Shown piece by piece: positions 48,228 to 59,252 of a stretch of 64,000 nt of DNA. How positions within the stretch are numbered: the first letter of the stretch is position 1; every line of letters starts with the position of its first letter. The position numbers and the translations under genes were made by a program. This DNA comes from an uncultured Eubacteriales bacterium (GTDB taxonomy: Bacteria; Acidobacteriota; Aminicenantia; Aminicenantales; Aminicenantaceae), in NCBI GenBank assembly GCA_964624145.1, contig CAZUXT010000004.1, positions 31,189-95,188 of the forward strand, given 5' to 3'. The notes beneath the pieces are model-generated. The model saw only the letters and a list, made by a program, of their open reading frames with translations, had not been told where the DNA came from and did no database searches.

Positions 48228-49889
48228 TTAATCATTCAAGAAAGACTTCAATTTCTGCCTTCGACGTGGCCCTCTTAACTTCCTTAGTGCCTTGGCTTCA
48301 ATCTGTCTTATTCTTTCTCGTGTGACTTTAAACTGCTGCCCGACTTCCTCAAGAGTGTGTTCATTACCACTTCCCAACCCAAAACGCATTCTGAGAACTT
48401 TTGCCTCTCTTTCCGTTATGGAATCCAGAACTTCCTCTATTTTCTCTTTTAATGTAATGTTTACAACAGTCTCAGGAGGAGAGGGGAGGATCTTGTCTTC
48501 AATAAAATCACCTAACTGGCTGTCGTTGTCCTCTCCTATGGGAGTTTCCAGAGAAATAGGCGCCTGGGAAAGCTTAATGATTTTTCTCACTTTATGGATC
48601 GGCATATCCATTCTTTTGGCCAATTCCTCACATTTTGGCTCCCTGCCCCTTTCTTGAACAAACTTTTGAGATTGTTTGATCAGTTTATTGATAGTCTCGA
48701 TCATGTGGACAGGGATTCTGATAGTCCTTGCCTGGTCACAAACAGCTCTTGTTATTGCCTGCCTGATCCACCAGGTGGCATAGGTCGAAAACTTGTATCC
48801 TCTTTTGTATTCGAATTTACTGACCGCCTTTATCAATCCGGTGTTCCCTTCTTGAATCAAATCCAAAAAATGAAGCCCTCTGTTGATATATTTCTTAGCA
48901 ATTGAAATGACTAACCTTAAATTTGCCGCAACCAACTCTTCCTTGGCCTGATCGCTCATCTTCTGTTCCATCTTAATGGTGCGCATTATCTTCTTCATTC
49001 CATCAAAATCAAGCCCCACCTCTTCCTGCATCACATGAATCAGTCTTTCTGTATCTTTTATCTGCTTTCTTATGATGAGTTTCTTTTTTCTCTTTCTTTT
49101 GCGCCTGTACTTGGCCTCCAAATCCTCCTTGATCTCTTCTAGCCTGTTAATCCCTTCCAGTTTTAACCGCAAATTCTCAGTAGCTCTCTCAATAATCTCA
49201 GGCTTGATCTGGAGAGACCTCAATAATTGATTTATTCTGGAAAGAATTCGGAGGCGTTTTATGCTTCTCTTATCAGATCCAGGTATCTGTTCAAGTTTTG
49301 AATACCCTTCCTTAATCTGAGAGATTATGTCGAAAATCCGGTCTTCTCTTGCTTCCTGAGGCTCACCTGAAGCGTTGCCTTCATCATAATCAAACATATT
49401 GTTCAGGATTCTTTTATGCAGTTCATATCTGTCTCTGACATCACAAATCAATTCAAATAAAAAAGGAGTCTCAGAAAGCGCTTTTATAATATTTCTTTCA
49501 CTTCTTTCAATCTGTCTTGCCAGAGCGACTTCACCTTCTTTTGTTAAAAGAGAAATGCTTCCCATCTCCTTTAGATAGAGTTTTACAGGGTCAGTCGTTC
49601 TTTCAATCCCCCTTATCCGTGTTTTTTCAGGTTTTTTTGGACGCTGCTTGATTTCTCTTTGTTTGTTTCTGAGTTTAATCTTATATCTATCCAAGGATTC
49701 AATAAATCCATCAAACTCTTCGTCAGTGTCAAATCCTTCCTCAAGCAAACCATTTATCTCTTCTATAAAGAGATACCCTCTTTCTCTTCCGAGCTGGAGG
49801 ATCTTCCTGATTTGCTCGTTTTTTTCAGAACTGTACTTCTTTTTCTTTTTTACCTTGGTCTGAGTGAAGAACTCCGGATTACTTGCCAT
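48228..49889 (-). CDS. rpoD: RNA polymerase sigma factor RpoD (primary sigma-70)
   Basis: Region 2 ([39 protein letters not shown]), region 3 and region 4.2 ([28 protein letters not shown]) are present, with a long N-terminal 1.1/non-conserved region. Confidence 0.95.
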   Translation of the reverse strand: MASNPEFFTQTKVKKKKKYSSEKNEQIRKILQLGRERGYLFIEEINGLLEEGFDTDEEFDGFIESLDRYKIKLRNKQREIKQRPKKPEKTRIRGIERTTDPVKLYLKEMGSISLLTKEGEVALARQIERSERNIIKALSETPFLFELICDVRDRYELHKRILNNMFDYDEGNASGEPQEAREDRIFDIISQIKEGYSKLEQIPGSDKRSIKRLRILSRINQLLRSLQIKPEIIERATENLRLKLEGINRLEEIKEDLEAKYRRKRKRKKKLIIRKQIKDTERLIHVMQEEVGLDFDGMKKIMRTIKMEQKMSDQAKEELVAANLRLVISIAKKYINRGLHFLDLIQEGNTGLIKAVSKFEYKRGYKFSTYATWWIRQAITRAVCDQARTIRIPVHMIETINKLIKQSQKFVQERGREPKCEELAKRMDMPIHKVRKIIKLSQAPISLETPIGEDNDSQLGDFIEDKILPSPPETVVNITLKEKIEEVLDSITEREAKVLRMRFGLGSGNEHTLEEVGQQFKVTRERIRQIEAKALRKLRGPRRRQKLKSFLND

Positions 49890-50106
49890 TCAGAGACTTT
49901 CTCTCCTTTTTATGTGCATTTGAATTGTCTGGTTTCTTCCTGATAGGTCTTCTCTATCGTCTATGAAAAGAGCATTCATAGGTCTGAAAAACATATGGAG
50001 CCGTATAGGGTACTATGAACTGTATTTCTCACTGGCTATAGATTATCTCATATTCTCAGATAAGAATCAAATTTTCCACCTCTTTACAACCTCTCAGGCC
50101 TTTTAT

Positions 50107-50135
50107 TTGACACATAAAAGCATTGATGCTATAAG
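50107..50135 (+). promoter_or_regulatory. Putative sigma-70 promoter (TTGACA-N17-TATAAG) for treT
   Basis: TTGACA is at 50107-50112 and TATAAG at 50130-50135. The GGGAGAGAGAG ribosome-binding site and the ATG at 50179 follow. Confidence 0.55.
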
Positions 50136-50178
50136 TTACAAAACATCTAAACTCGAAAAAATCACACGGGAGAGAGAG

Positions 50179-51411
50179 ATGAAGAGCATCGATGACTACC
50201 TGCCTATAGTCGGTGAAAAAATAATAGGTCAAATCCATCAAAAGGCCCATAGGTTGATAAACAAACACATCGTTCACATCAACTCCACTGCCCATGGAGG
50301 AGGCGTGGCTGAAATACTGAATAACCTCATTGTCCTTCTGAATGACATAGGAGTTGATACAGGATGGAGAGTCCTGATTGGCCCCTCTGATTTCTTTACG
50401 GTCACGAAAAAATTCCACAACGCCCTCCAGGGTAATTCCATAAATCTATCAAAAAACAAAAAGTGTCTCTACTTGGAGACTAACAACAGATTCTCCAGGT
50501 TTACGCATCTGGATCATGACTGTGTTATCATTCATGATCCCCAACCCCTTCCTCTTATTAAATACAACAAGAAAAGACAGCCCTGGGTCTGGCGCTGTCA
50601 TATAGATATCACAGAGCCAAACGAGAAATTATGGGAATTTATCAAGACCTTTATTCTCAGGTATGACCTGATGGTCATATCCAGCGAACGATTTAGAAAG
50701 GATGATATCCCTATAAAACAGTATATCATTCATCCCTCCATAGATCCTCTCTCCACAAAAAATATGGACCTCAGTGAAAAAACAATCAGCACAACACTGG
50801 AAAAATTCAACATCCCCACTGATAAGCCTATAATCAGCCAGGTATCAAGGTTTGACCCATGGAAAGACCCGGAAGGAGTGCTCAAGGTCTTTGAACATGT
50901 TAAGGAAAAAATCGACTGCAGACTTATTTACTGCTACAACATGGCTCCGGATGATCCTGAGGGCGTTACTGTTTACAGCAGAATGAAAAACACAGCAAAG
51001 AAATATTTACAGTCAGGGGACGTCAAGTTTGTTCTGGGAGACAACCAGGTCCTGGTCAATGTTCTGCAGAGGATATCCGCAGTCGTACTTCAAAAATCGA
51101 TAAGAGAAGGCTTCGGCCTAACCGTAAGTGAAGCCCAATGGAAAGAAACTCCTGTCGTTGCCTCAAATAGAGGAGGCATCCCTGAACAACTAATAGATAA
51201 TGAAACCGGCTTTCTGGTAGAACCTGATGATATCAAAGGATGCGCAGAAAAAGTCATAACCATACTCAAAGATAAAAAGCTTGCCAAAGAAATGGGCAAA
51301 AAAGGAAAAAGAAACATCAAGGAAAATTTTCTGATTACCCGACACCTCAATGATTATCTCACACTTCTCATCGATGTTCTCAACCATAATCTTGGCTATC
51401 CTCTATATTAA
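50179..51411 (+). CDS. treT: Trehalose glycosyltransferring synthase TreT-like GT4 glycosyltransferase
   Basis: It is co-linear with archaeal TreT as I recall it (HINSTAHGGGVAEIL, FFTVTKKFHNALQGN, HDPQP, PWVWRCHID, SQVSRFDPWKD, REGFGLTVSEA). The start is chosen at MKSIDDY to match the TreT N-terminus. The ORF-track extension is rejected. Confidence 0.75.
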   Translation: MKSIDDYLPIVGEKIIGQIHQKAHRLINKHIVHINSTAHGGGVAEILNNLIVLLNDIGVDTGWRVLIGPSDFFTVTKKFHNALQGNSINLSKNKKCLYLETNNRFSRFTHLDHDCVIIHDPQPLPLIKYNKKRQPWVWRCHIDITEPNEKLWEFIKTFILRYDLMVISSERFRKDDIPIKQYIIHPSIDPLSTKNMDLSEKTISTTLEKFNIPTDKPIISQVSRFDPWKDPEGVLKVFEHVKEKIDCRLIYCYNMAPDDPEGVTVYSRMKNTAKKYLQSGDVKFVLGDNQVLVNVLQRISAVVLQKSIREGFGLTVSEAQWKETPVVASNRGGIPEQLIDNETGFLVEPDDIKGCAEKVITILKDKKLAKEMGKKGKRNIKENFLITRHLNDYLTLLIDVLNHNLGYPLY

Positions 51412-51499
51412 GCTGGAATCATCCACCTGACCTATCCAGGTTCAAAAGGTTTGAAATTAACTGCCTAAACGGTTAAGCTATGAATGGGTAAGCAATCTT

Positions 51500-53707
51500 A
51501 TGGGTAAAAACAAATCTTCAAATAACAAACTTATCATAATTTCCAACAGGCTTCCTGTAACCGTAAGCAGGAAAAAGAACCAGATCATAATAAAGGAAAG
51601 CCCGGGAGGACTTGCTACGGGTCTCCGCTCCCTCAAACAAAAGAAAAAAGTACTATTCATAGGCTGGCCTGGTTATATCCCAAGGAACAGCAGGGAGAAG
51701 AATTATATCCAAGAATGCCTTATCAAAAACCACCAGTGCTATCCTGTTTTCCTTTCCCGCCCTGAACTGGAAAAGTATTACTATGGATTCTCAAACAGAA
51801 CCATATGGCCTCTGTTTCACTATTTTTCTTCGTTGAGTTCTTTTGAGGAGCTGGAATGGAAATCCTACAAGAAAGTAAACCAGAAATTTTTACAGATAAT
51901 CATGCAAATGGCTGATTCTGACAACACATTCTGGGTCCATGACTATCATCTTATGCTTCTTCCTGAATTGATACGAAAAGTATTTCCAGAAAGTGCCATA
52001 GGATTTTTCCTTCATATCCCTTTTCCATCATCAGAAATATTCAGAATACTACCCTGGAGAACGGAAATTTTGGAAGGACTGTTGGGAGCTGATCTTATTG
52101 GATTCCACACATATGAATACGCAAGGCACTTCTTAAGCAGTTCATTAAGGCTTCTGGGTTATGAACACGAATTCGGTTCAATTGCCATAAACAACAGAAT
52201 GGTCCGGGTAGATAACTTTCCCATGGGAATCGATATTGAAAAAAACAACCGGCTCCTTGCTGATCCCGAAGTCCAGAAAGAAACGGAAAAGAGCAGGAAA
52301 CTCTTGGGAAAAGAGAATAAAATCATCCTTTCCGTTGATAGACTTGATTATTCCAAGGGTATCCCTCACCGTCTCAAAGCATTCGAACTCTTTCTTGCGA
52401 AAAATCGAAAATGGCATAAAAGAACGACCTATATTATGCTGTGCGTGCCGTCAAGAACAAAAGTAAGCCATTACAAACTGTTGAAAGAAGAAATCGACAG
52501 ACTTGTCGGAAATATAAACGGAAGATTCGGGACTCCGACCTGGACACCTGTCAATTATATATACCGCTCACGGCCGTTTAAAAAACTCTTCTCTCTGTAC
52601 TCAGCCGCAGACATTGCTCTGGTAACTCCTGTAAGAGATGGCATGAATCTGGTTGCCAAGGAATATGTGGCTGCAAAAAAGGATAACAACGGAGTTCTTA
52701 TCCTGAGCGGAACCGCCGGAGCCGCAGAGGAGCTGGGAGAAGCACTGATAGTCAATATCCATAATAAAAACGAAGTCGTTGATGCGATCAAAAAAGCCCT
52801 TACCATGCCGCAGCAGGAAAAAATATCCCGCATGAAGATCATGAGGAAACGCATCCTGGAATATGATATAAAATACTGGACCCGGAGTTTCATAAAAAGT
52901 ATTGAAGAGACAAAAAATATCCAGGCTACAAGAGAACACAGAAAATTAAACCAATACGGAAAAAAAGAAATTTTATCTCATTACAGAAAAAGCAGGAAAA
53001 GACTTCTCCTTTTCGATTATGACGGAACCCTGATCTCATTTTCAAAGAAACCCGAAGATGCCAAACCGGATAAAGAATTAAAAAAACTGCTCATCTCTCT
53101 ATCAAGCAACGCCAATAACCATATGGTCATAATCAGCGGAAGGGATCGAAACACAATGGAACAGTGGCTCGGGGATATCAACTGCTCCCTGGTGGCCGAA
53201 CACGGATCATGGATCAAGATACTTCCGAAAGGCGAATGGCAAAGTCAGGTCAGTATTCCTTTCCAATGGAAAGACCGGATCATGCCCATCCTAAAAAATT
53301 ACGAATCCCGGGTCCCTGGCTCTTTTGTTGAAGAAAAAGAATTCGGCCTTGCCTGGCATTACAGGAATGCCAGCCCTGAGCTTGGAAAAATCCGGTCCCA
53401 TGAACTATTTGATAATCTCAATGAATTTTTAGCAAACACAAACCTCCAGTTAATGCACGGAAAAAAGGTCATAGAGGTCAGGATCGCCGGAATCAACAAA
53501 GGGATAGCTGCGGATCATTTTCTAAGAATGAGCGATTGGGATTTCATCCTCGCACTGGGTGATGATTGGACTGACGAGGACCTTTTCAAAGCTCTGCCGG
53601 AAGGAGCTTTTTCCATAAAAATAGGGTTCGGATCCACTAAAGCCAGTTTTTATATCGAATCTCCAAAAGCCTGCCGGGCTCTTCTGCGCGAATTATCCAA
53701 ATCCTGA
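51500..53707 (+). CDS. Bifunctional trehalose-6-phosphate synthase / trehalose-6-phosphate phosphatase (OtsA-OtsB fusion)
   Basis: An N-terminal GT20 domain (LIIISNRLPVTV..., HDYHLMLLP) and a C-terminal HAD phosphatase domain (LLLFDYDGTL, GDDWTDEDLF) are present. Confidence 0.9.
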   Translation: MGKNKSSNNKLIIISNRLPVTVSRKKNQIIIKESPGGLATGLRSLKQKKKVLFIGWPGYIPRNSREKNYIQECLIKNHQCYPVFLSRPELEKYYYGFSNRTIWPLFHYFSSLSSFEELEWKSYKKVNQKFLQIIMQMADSDNTFWVHDYHLMLLPELIRKVFPESAIGFFLHIPFPSSEIFRILPWRTEILEGLLGADLIGFHTYEYARHFLSSSLRLLGYEHEFGSIAINNRMVRVDNFPMGIDIEKNNRLLADPEVQKETEKSRKLLGKENKIILSVDRLDYSKGIPHRLKAFELFLAKNRKWHKRTTYIMLCVPSRTKVSHYKLLKEEIDRLVGNINGRFGTPTWTPVNYIYRSRPFKKLFSLYSAADIALVTPVRDGMNLVAKEYVAAKKDNNGVLILSGTAGAAEELGEALIVNIHNKNEVVDAIKKALTMPQQEKISRMKIMRKRILEYDIKYWTRSFIKSIEETKNIQATREHRKLNQYGKKEILSHYRKSRKRLLLFDYDGTLISFSKKPEDAKPDKELKKLLISLSSNANNHMVIISGRDRNTMEQWLGDINCSLVAEHGSWIKILPKGEWQSQVSIPFQWKDRIMPILKNYESRVPGSFVEEKEFGLAWHYRNASPELGKIRSHELFDNLNEFLANTNLQLMHGKKVIEVRIAGINKGIAADHFLRMSDWDFILALGDDWTDEDLFKALPEGAFSIKIGFGSTKASFYIESPKACRALLRELSKS

Positions 53708-53723
53708 TTTTTATTTTTCATCT

Positions 53724-56375
53724 CTATCTGTTCCATCGGTAGGTGGCTTTAATGAGAAAAATATTATCTCCGGGGGCTGTGAAAAGGTCTCTCAGATCAC
53801 GGCCGAACAAGAGGTCTCCGGGATTGGAATAATCCGAGCGGTTCTGGGTCCAGACAAAGTAAAGAGTCGAACCCGGATGATATTCCCACCTGAAAACCAT
53901 GGTGCCCCTTAAGGATTTGAAATTAAAATCAGGGTTATAAAATGAAAATTCAGACGCGGGTCCTGCTCCGTCCGGGTCTACATGATAGTATCCGTCCTCA
54001 TATCCTATGGAAGACTCTCCCTCTCCATACCGATTGTATTCAAAAGCCTTTGGCTCGGCCAGCTCCTTAAAGTCATCATATTCTCCGACCGCAATAAAAG
54101 GCTGGAGATAGAGCTGAAGAGTGACTCTCGGGGTAAAAGTCCAGTTAAGCCTTATTTCCGTATACAGAGTGTTTTGTTTTATGCCTCCGAACACATACCT
54201 TGTCCCATATGTTTCTGTCATCAAAGGATCATCCACCCGGGTCACCCACATGATGTCAGATTCCTTGATATAAACACCGGGACCTACAGAGAGGCTTATA
54301 TTGCTGAGCGGCTTCCAGTTTAAGGAAATCCCTGAACTTAAAGAAAATCCCTCATCCGGCCTTTTATAAAAGCCGTTTTCCATAGAAAAAACCACAGCTT
54401 TTCTGCTGTCGCTTGAAACGCTAATATCAATTTCATAGCCGGAAGGCACCAGAGCCAAAGGCCCCCCTCTGGTCAGTGTTTTGCTGTACGTCTCAGGATT
54501 GTAAGCGAGCATGGTTTCAAAACCCCAGTAATTGAGAAACTCCCCCTCGAACAAAGCAAGAAAACCTTCCCATATCTTGTTCCCGCCAAAGTCATAATTT
54601 CCAAACGGACCTCCGTATACAAGCCAACTGCGGAAAACCTTGCCCGGATGGGGCTGAAAATATCCGGCTAAAAAATGAGCGTTGATGACATCCGAAGATG
54701 ATGATTGAAATCCGATATCATTGGGATCAAATCCGGGGGATAATGCCCCGAGAGCAAAAGATAACAGAAAATTTCCCCTTTGCTTGGCCAGTTGAAAACG
54801 GCCGCCCCATCCGCTCATGTGAGTGGCCTCTTTGTTTATTTCAACATGGGAAGCATCCGGTCTTTGAAAATAATGAAGAGAAGAGTTTTGAAGGCGGTAA
54901 ATCGCAGCCTGGCTGCCTTGGACACGGGTACCTCCGGCCCACGCAGAGACTACCCAGGTTCTTTTCTTGTCCAGATAGGACCAGCCGTCCACGGCCAGAG
55001 AAAAAGCATCCCTGTTCAGCAAATCGTCCAGTGTCTGGTTTTCCAGGTCCCTGTTGACTGAAGAAACCAGGAAACCGATTCCCTGGGCTCCCTCATTGAA
55101 ATCTTTCTGCACGCGGAGCGCTCCGTAATAGGTTAAAGGCTCCACTACTTCCTGATAACATGTGCCTCCGGAATCAATCTCTGCATATTCCCTGGATGTC
55201 AGCGCATTGACGAATCCAATGTCCCATCCGTTAAATATCTTTCCCGTGAGTTTAAATGCTCCCAGAATGGTAGAAGCCTCAGGATAATCCACATAACCCT
55301 CCCTTGTCACAGGTCCCTGAGGAGCTCTTCCAATACGACGGCTGTAGAAAAGTGAAGGGGCAGGCCAGTTGATATTGGCATTCACGTGAACGCCGCCCCT
55401 TCCGAAAGCATTGAAAATATTGGCTCCTTCTATAAAAAAAGGCCTTTTCTCTTCATAATAAGTCTCATACGCACTCAGATTTATGACAGCAGGGTCGACT
55501 TCTACCTGGCCGAAATCCGGATTGACCGTAGCATCCAGAGTGAGATTGCTCTTCAATCCCACTTTAAAATCAAATCCGATATCCCCCAAAAATTCCCCTC
55601 CCGTTTCAAAAGGATTCCCTTCCTGCTTGGGGCTGAAATGCGCCTGGCTTACCGCATAAGGAAGGACCTCAATATGCATGCCCGGGTCGATCCCTCTGAT
55701 TCCCCTAAGTTCCGCAAAACGGGATACATAAGCACTCTCTTCTTTAGGGATCCAGACATAAGTGAGTCTTTCATTTTTTCGCAGTATCACTCTGCGAAAA
55801 TTAACTCCCCATATATATTCATCCTTTTTGGGAAAGCGGAGCTGGTCAAAGGGGATTTTTATCTCCACACTCCATCCGTCTCCATTTAAACGAGAAGCCC
55901 AATCCCAGACGCCGTTCCATGTTGTATCACTGTCTATATCATTGTAAAGCGTCCAATCCACGATAGAACCCGAAGGATTGACAGCAAACTGGTAGCCTGT
56001 TCTTCTATCAAAGTAGGGATCCACTGCAAAAATAAACCAGTCCGAGTCCACAAAGTCATCCCTTCGGCCCAGGCGCCCTAGGATCGATTCCGGTTCTGAA
56101 TCATAAAGATAGGCAGCCACATAAAGAGATTCATCATCATAGGCAATCCAAACACGGGTCTTCTCCGAAGGTTCAGCCCCGTCAATAGGGTCTGTTTGTA
56201 CAAAATCCTTGAATCCATCAGCCTTCCACACTTCTTCTTCAAGAACTCCGTCTATTTTTATGGGTTCCCTTGCCCTACGGGCCGTAACCGGCTTGGGCTT
56301 TGGAGCCTCTACTGATTTTGCGGTCAGCAGCAAAGGCATTGAAAGAATAATAAAAATCCACAGCGCGTTCTTCAT
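53724..56375 (-). CDS. CBM9-like / DUF5916 family protein (predicted outer-membrane-associated)
   Basis: It has a signal peptide and a CBM9-like N-terminal block (IKIDGVLEEEVWKADGF...GAEPSEKTRVWIAYDDESLYVAAYLYDSEP), then an aromatic-rich beta-barrel-like body. An AGGAGGA ribosome-binding site lies 6 nt upstream of the ATG (MKNALW). Confidence 0.65.
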   Translation of the reverse strand: MKNALWIFIILSMPLLLTAKSVEAPKPKPVTARRAREPIKIDGVLEEEVWKADGFKDFVQTDPIDGAEPSEKTRVWIAYDDESLYVAAYLYDSEPESILGRLGRRDDFVDSDWFIFAVDPYFDRRTGYQFAVNPSGSIVDWTLYNDIDSDTTWNGVWDWASRLNGDGWSVEIKIPFDQLRFPKKDEYIWGVNFRRVILRKNERLTYVWIPKEESAYVSRFAELRGIRGIDPGMHIEVLPYAVSQAHFSPKQEGNPFETGGEFLGDIGFDFKVGLKSNLTLDATVNPDFGQVEVDPAVINLSAYETYYEEKRPFFIEGANIFNAFGRGGVHVNANINWPAPSLFYSRRIGRAPQGPVTREGYVDYPEASTILGAFKLTGKIFNGWDIGFVNALTSREYAEIDSGGTCYQEVVEPLTYYGALRVQKDFNEGAQGIGFLVSSVNRDLENQTLDDLLNRDAFSLAVDGWSYLDKKRTWVVSAWAGGTRVQGSQAAIYRLQNSSLHYFQRPDASHVEINKEATHMSGWGGRFQLAKQRGNFLLSFALGALSPGFDPNDIGFQSSSSDVINAHFLAGYFQPHPGKVFRSWLVYGGPFGNYDFGGNKIWEGFLALFEGEFLNYWGFETMLAYNPETYSKTLTRGGPLALVPSGYEIDISVSSDSRKAVVFSMENGFYKRPDEGFSLSSGISLNWKPLSNISLSVGPGVYIKESDIMWVTRVDDPLMTETYGTRYVFGGIKQNTLYTEIRLNWTFTPRVTLQLYLQPFIAVGEYDDFKELAEPKAFEYNRYGEGESSIGYEDGYYHVDPDGAGPASEFSFYNPDFNFKSLRGTMVFRWEYHPGSTLYFVWTQNRSDYSNPGDLLFGRDLRDLFTAPGDNIFLIKATYRWNR

Positions 56376-56527
56376 GTGTATCCTCCTGATTTTTCCGTCT
56401 CTCTTCAGCATCTTTATCCTGTTTTTCCTATTTACTATACGGAAAAAAAATACATAAAGTTGCCTCTAAATTAGAATACCGTTGGGATAGTCAAAAAGTT
56501 ATGATATATTGAACAGAGGAGATTTCA

Positions 56528-57895
56528 ATGAAACGTATGCGTAAGCCTTTATTTCTGTTGATTCTTTCATTCCTTGTGTTAACCGGTTTGTCCGGAGTGC
56601 TTTTCTCTCAGGGAAACACCACAGCTGATGTCAAAGACAGCCACAACATACTTCCCGAGAAAAAAAGGGCGGAAGTCATGAACCAATGGCTGGAATGGAG
56701 GCTCGATCATATCATTCCCACGTTGATGAGAAGAGAAAACATAGACCTCTGGCTTATCATAAACCGGGAGTACAATGAGGACCCGGTTTATATGTCTCTG
56801 GTCCCGGAACCAACCATGGCTGCCCGCAGAACATCTATCCTTATGTTTTATGACCGCGGGGAAGACAAAGGAGTTGAAAGACTGTCAGGAAGCTATTACG
56901 GAATGGGAAAATGGTACAGAACTACTTGGGAAGACAAAAAGAAAACGCAGTTCGAAAGCCTGGCTGAATTCATAAAAAAAATCAATCCGAAAAAAATCGG
57001 GATCAATGTTTCACCCACTTTCAGATTTGGGGACGGCCTGACCGCAAGCATGAAGGAAAAGCTGGAACAAGCACTGGGTCCTGAACTTTCGTCAAGATTC
57101 GTGTCCGCTGAAAACCTTTGCCTTGGCTGGCTGGAGATACGGAGTCCTCAGGAACTCAGTGTATACCGCCATATCTGCGGCATTGCCCATGATATCATAG
57201 CTGAGTTCTTTTCCAACGAAGTCATCACTCCTGATATCACCACAACGGATGATGTCGTCTGGTGGATCCGCCAAAAATATACTGATTTGGGCCTGGACAC
57301 ATGGTTTCATCCTTCCGTAAGCATTCAGAGATATGAAAAAACAGCGGAAAAATACAAAGAAAACCCGGAAGTCATCCGGAGAGGAGACCTGCTTCACTGT
57401 GATATCGGCATAAAATACCTCGGACTCTGCACGGACATGCAGTGGCAGGCTTATGTGTGTAAAACAGGCGAAGATGACGCCCCTGAAGGCATTAAAAAAG
57501 CTCTGGCACGGGCTCTCGAGGCCGCTGATATTTTCATGAACGAATTCAGAGTGGGGAGGACAGGAAATGAGATCACAGATACAGCTATGAAAAAAGCATC
57601 TGAGGCTGGACTCAGACCTCTTATTTATTCCCATCCCCTGGGATTTCACGGCCATGCAGCCGGATGTTCCATGGATGCCAGAGACCCGGAAAGCGCGCCT
57701 GAAGGAATACGCACGGAAATGGAGTACACCCTTCATTACAATACCTGCTATGCGATTGAATTCAGCAGCACAACCAGTGTCCCGGAATGGGATGGGCAGG
57801 ATGTCAGAATCGGATTTGAAGAAGACGGCGTCTTTACCAAGGACGGATGCCATTTTATAGACGGATGCCAGAAAAAAATACTTTTAATAAAATAA
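56528..57895 (+). CDS. Secreted M24-family metallopeptidase (Xaa-Pro aminopeptidase/creatinase fold)
   Basis: It has a signal peptide and a pita-bread-domain ligand pattern (DIGIKY...D, HPLGFHGH, EMEY, AIEF). A GGAG ribosome-binding site is present. Confidence 0.6.
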   Translation: MKRMRKPLFLLILSFLVLTGLSGVLFSQGNTTADVKDSHNILPEKKRAEVMNQWLEWRLDHIIPTLMRRENIDLWLIINREYNEDPVYMSLVPEPTMAARRTSILMFYDRGEDKGVERLSGSYYGMGKWYRTTWEDKKKTQFESLAEFIKKINPKKIGINVSPTFRFGDGLTASMKEKLEQALGPELSSRFVSAENLCLGWLEIRSPQELSVYRHICGIAHDIIAEFFSNEVITPDITTTDDVVWWIRQKYTDLGLDTWFHPSVSIQRYEKTAEKYKENPEVIRRGDLLHCDIGIKYLGLCTDMQWQAYVCKTGEDDAPEGIKKALARALEAADIFMNEFRVGRTGNEITDTAMKKASEAGLRPLIYSHPLGFHGHAAGCSMDARDPESAPEGIRTEMEYTLHYNTCYAIEFSSTTSVPEWDGQDVRIGFEEDGVFTKDGCHFIDGCQKKILLIK

Positions 57896-57925
57896 CCTGA
57901 ACACTCAAGGATAAAAGGAGTTAAT

Positions 57926-59173
57926 ATGGCTATATTAAGAAAATTTAAAGCTTTGAGACCCAAAAAAGGGCTGGAGGAAAAGGTTGCCTCCTATCCCTAT
58001 GATGTACTGAACAGTGAAGAAGCAAGGGAATTGGTTAAAGGAAATTCTTACTCTTTCCTGCATGTGGTCAAACCAGAGGTGGATTTATCCGAAGGCACTG
58101 ACCTGTATTCCGAGTCGGTCTATGATAAAGCGAGAGAAAATCTCGATAAGTTCATTAATGAAGGGATCCTGATCAAAGAAGACCGTCCCAAGCTGTATAT
58201 ATACAGGCAAAAAATGGGAAAAAGAGAGCAGTACGGGATCGTAGGGTGTGTATCTGCAGAAGATTATGACAAGGATGTCATAAAAAAACACGAACACACC
58301 CGGCCGGCAAAAGAAGCGGACCGGATGAAACACGTTGACCGGACAAATGCGAACGCAGGCCCTGTGTTTTTAACATATAAAGCAAAACCAAATATAGACA
58401 GGCTGGTCAAAAAAGCCATCAAAGAAAAACCTGTCTATGATTTTACCGCATCCGACGGTATAGGACATACGGTTTGGGTCATTGAAGATGATTCATTATC
58501 CGACGGGATTATCCGGGAATTCGACAAAATCGATTTCATTTATGTGGCAGACGGGCATCACCGCTCCGCATCAGGAGCAAGGGTTGCTGGGATGAGAAAA
58601 GCAGCCAATCCCCATCACAGAGGTGATGAAGAATATAATTTTTTCCTTGCTGTTTTGTTTCCGGATAACCAGCTTCACATTATGGACTACAACCGGGTGC
58701 TGAAGAATCTTAACGGACACAGTTCTGATGAATTATTTCAAAGCCTGGAAGAATATTTCACAATCAAGAAAACAAGCCCGAAACCTTTTAAACCAAAGAA
58801 AAAAGGCACATTCGGTATGTATTGGGACAAGAACTGGTACAAGCTAACGGCAAAACCCGAACACGTGGAAAAGCATGACCCTGTTGAAAGCCTGGATATT
58901 TCTTACCTGCAGAAAAATCTGCTGGAGCCCTTTTTCGGAATCAAAGATCCCCGGACCAGCGATGATATTGATTTTGTCGGAGGAATCAGAGGACTCGAAG
59001 AACTGGTAAAACTGGTGGACAGCGGTCAGTTCAAAATCGCCTTTGCCCTCTACCCCACATCGGTCAAAGAGCTCATGGACATAGCTGATTCAGGAAAAGT
59101 GATGCCTCCCAAATCTACCTGGTTCGAGCCCAAATTAAGAAGCGGCCTTCTTGTGCACATGCTTGAAGATTAG
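57926..59173 (+). CDS. DUF1015 family protein
   Basis: Family-typical blocks (FKALRP, VADGHHRSAS) are present over a length of about 415 aa. Confidence 0.8.
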   Translation: MAILRKFKALRPKKGLEEKVASYPYDVLNSEEARELVKGNSYSFLHVVKPEVDLSEGTDLYSESVYDKARENLDKFINEGILIKEDRPKLYIYRQKMGKREQYGIVGCVSAEDYDKDVIKKHEHTRPAKEADRMKHVDRTNANAGPVFLTYKAKPNIDRLVKKAIKEKPVYDFTASDGIGHTVWVIEDDSLSDGIIREFDKIDFIYVADGHHRSASGARVAGMRKAANPHHRGDEEYNFFLAVLFPDNQLHIMDYNRVLKNLNGHSSDELFQSLEEYFTIKKTSPKPFKPKKKGTFGMYWDKNWYKLTAKPEHVEKHDPVESLDISYLQKNLLEPFFGIKDPRTSDDIDFVGGIRGLEELVKLVDSGQFKIAFALYPTSVKELMDIADSGKVMPPKSTWFEPKLRSGLLVHMLED

Positions 59174-59252
59174 AGTCAATCTTTCTCATTTTGTCTTATT
59201 GCCAAATTTTTAGATACAGAAAAAATACAATGAATGATCAAAGGAAAGAAAA

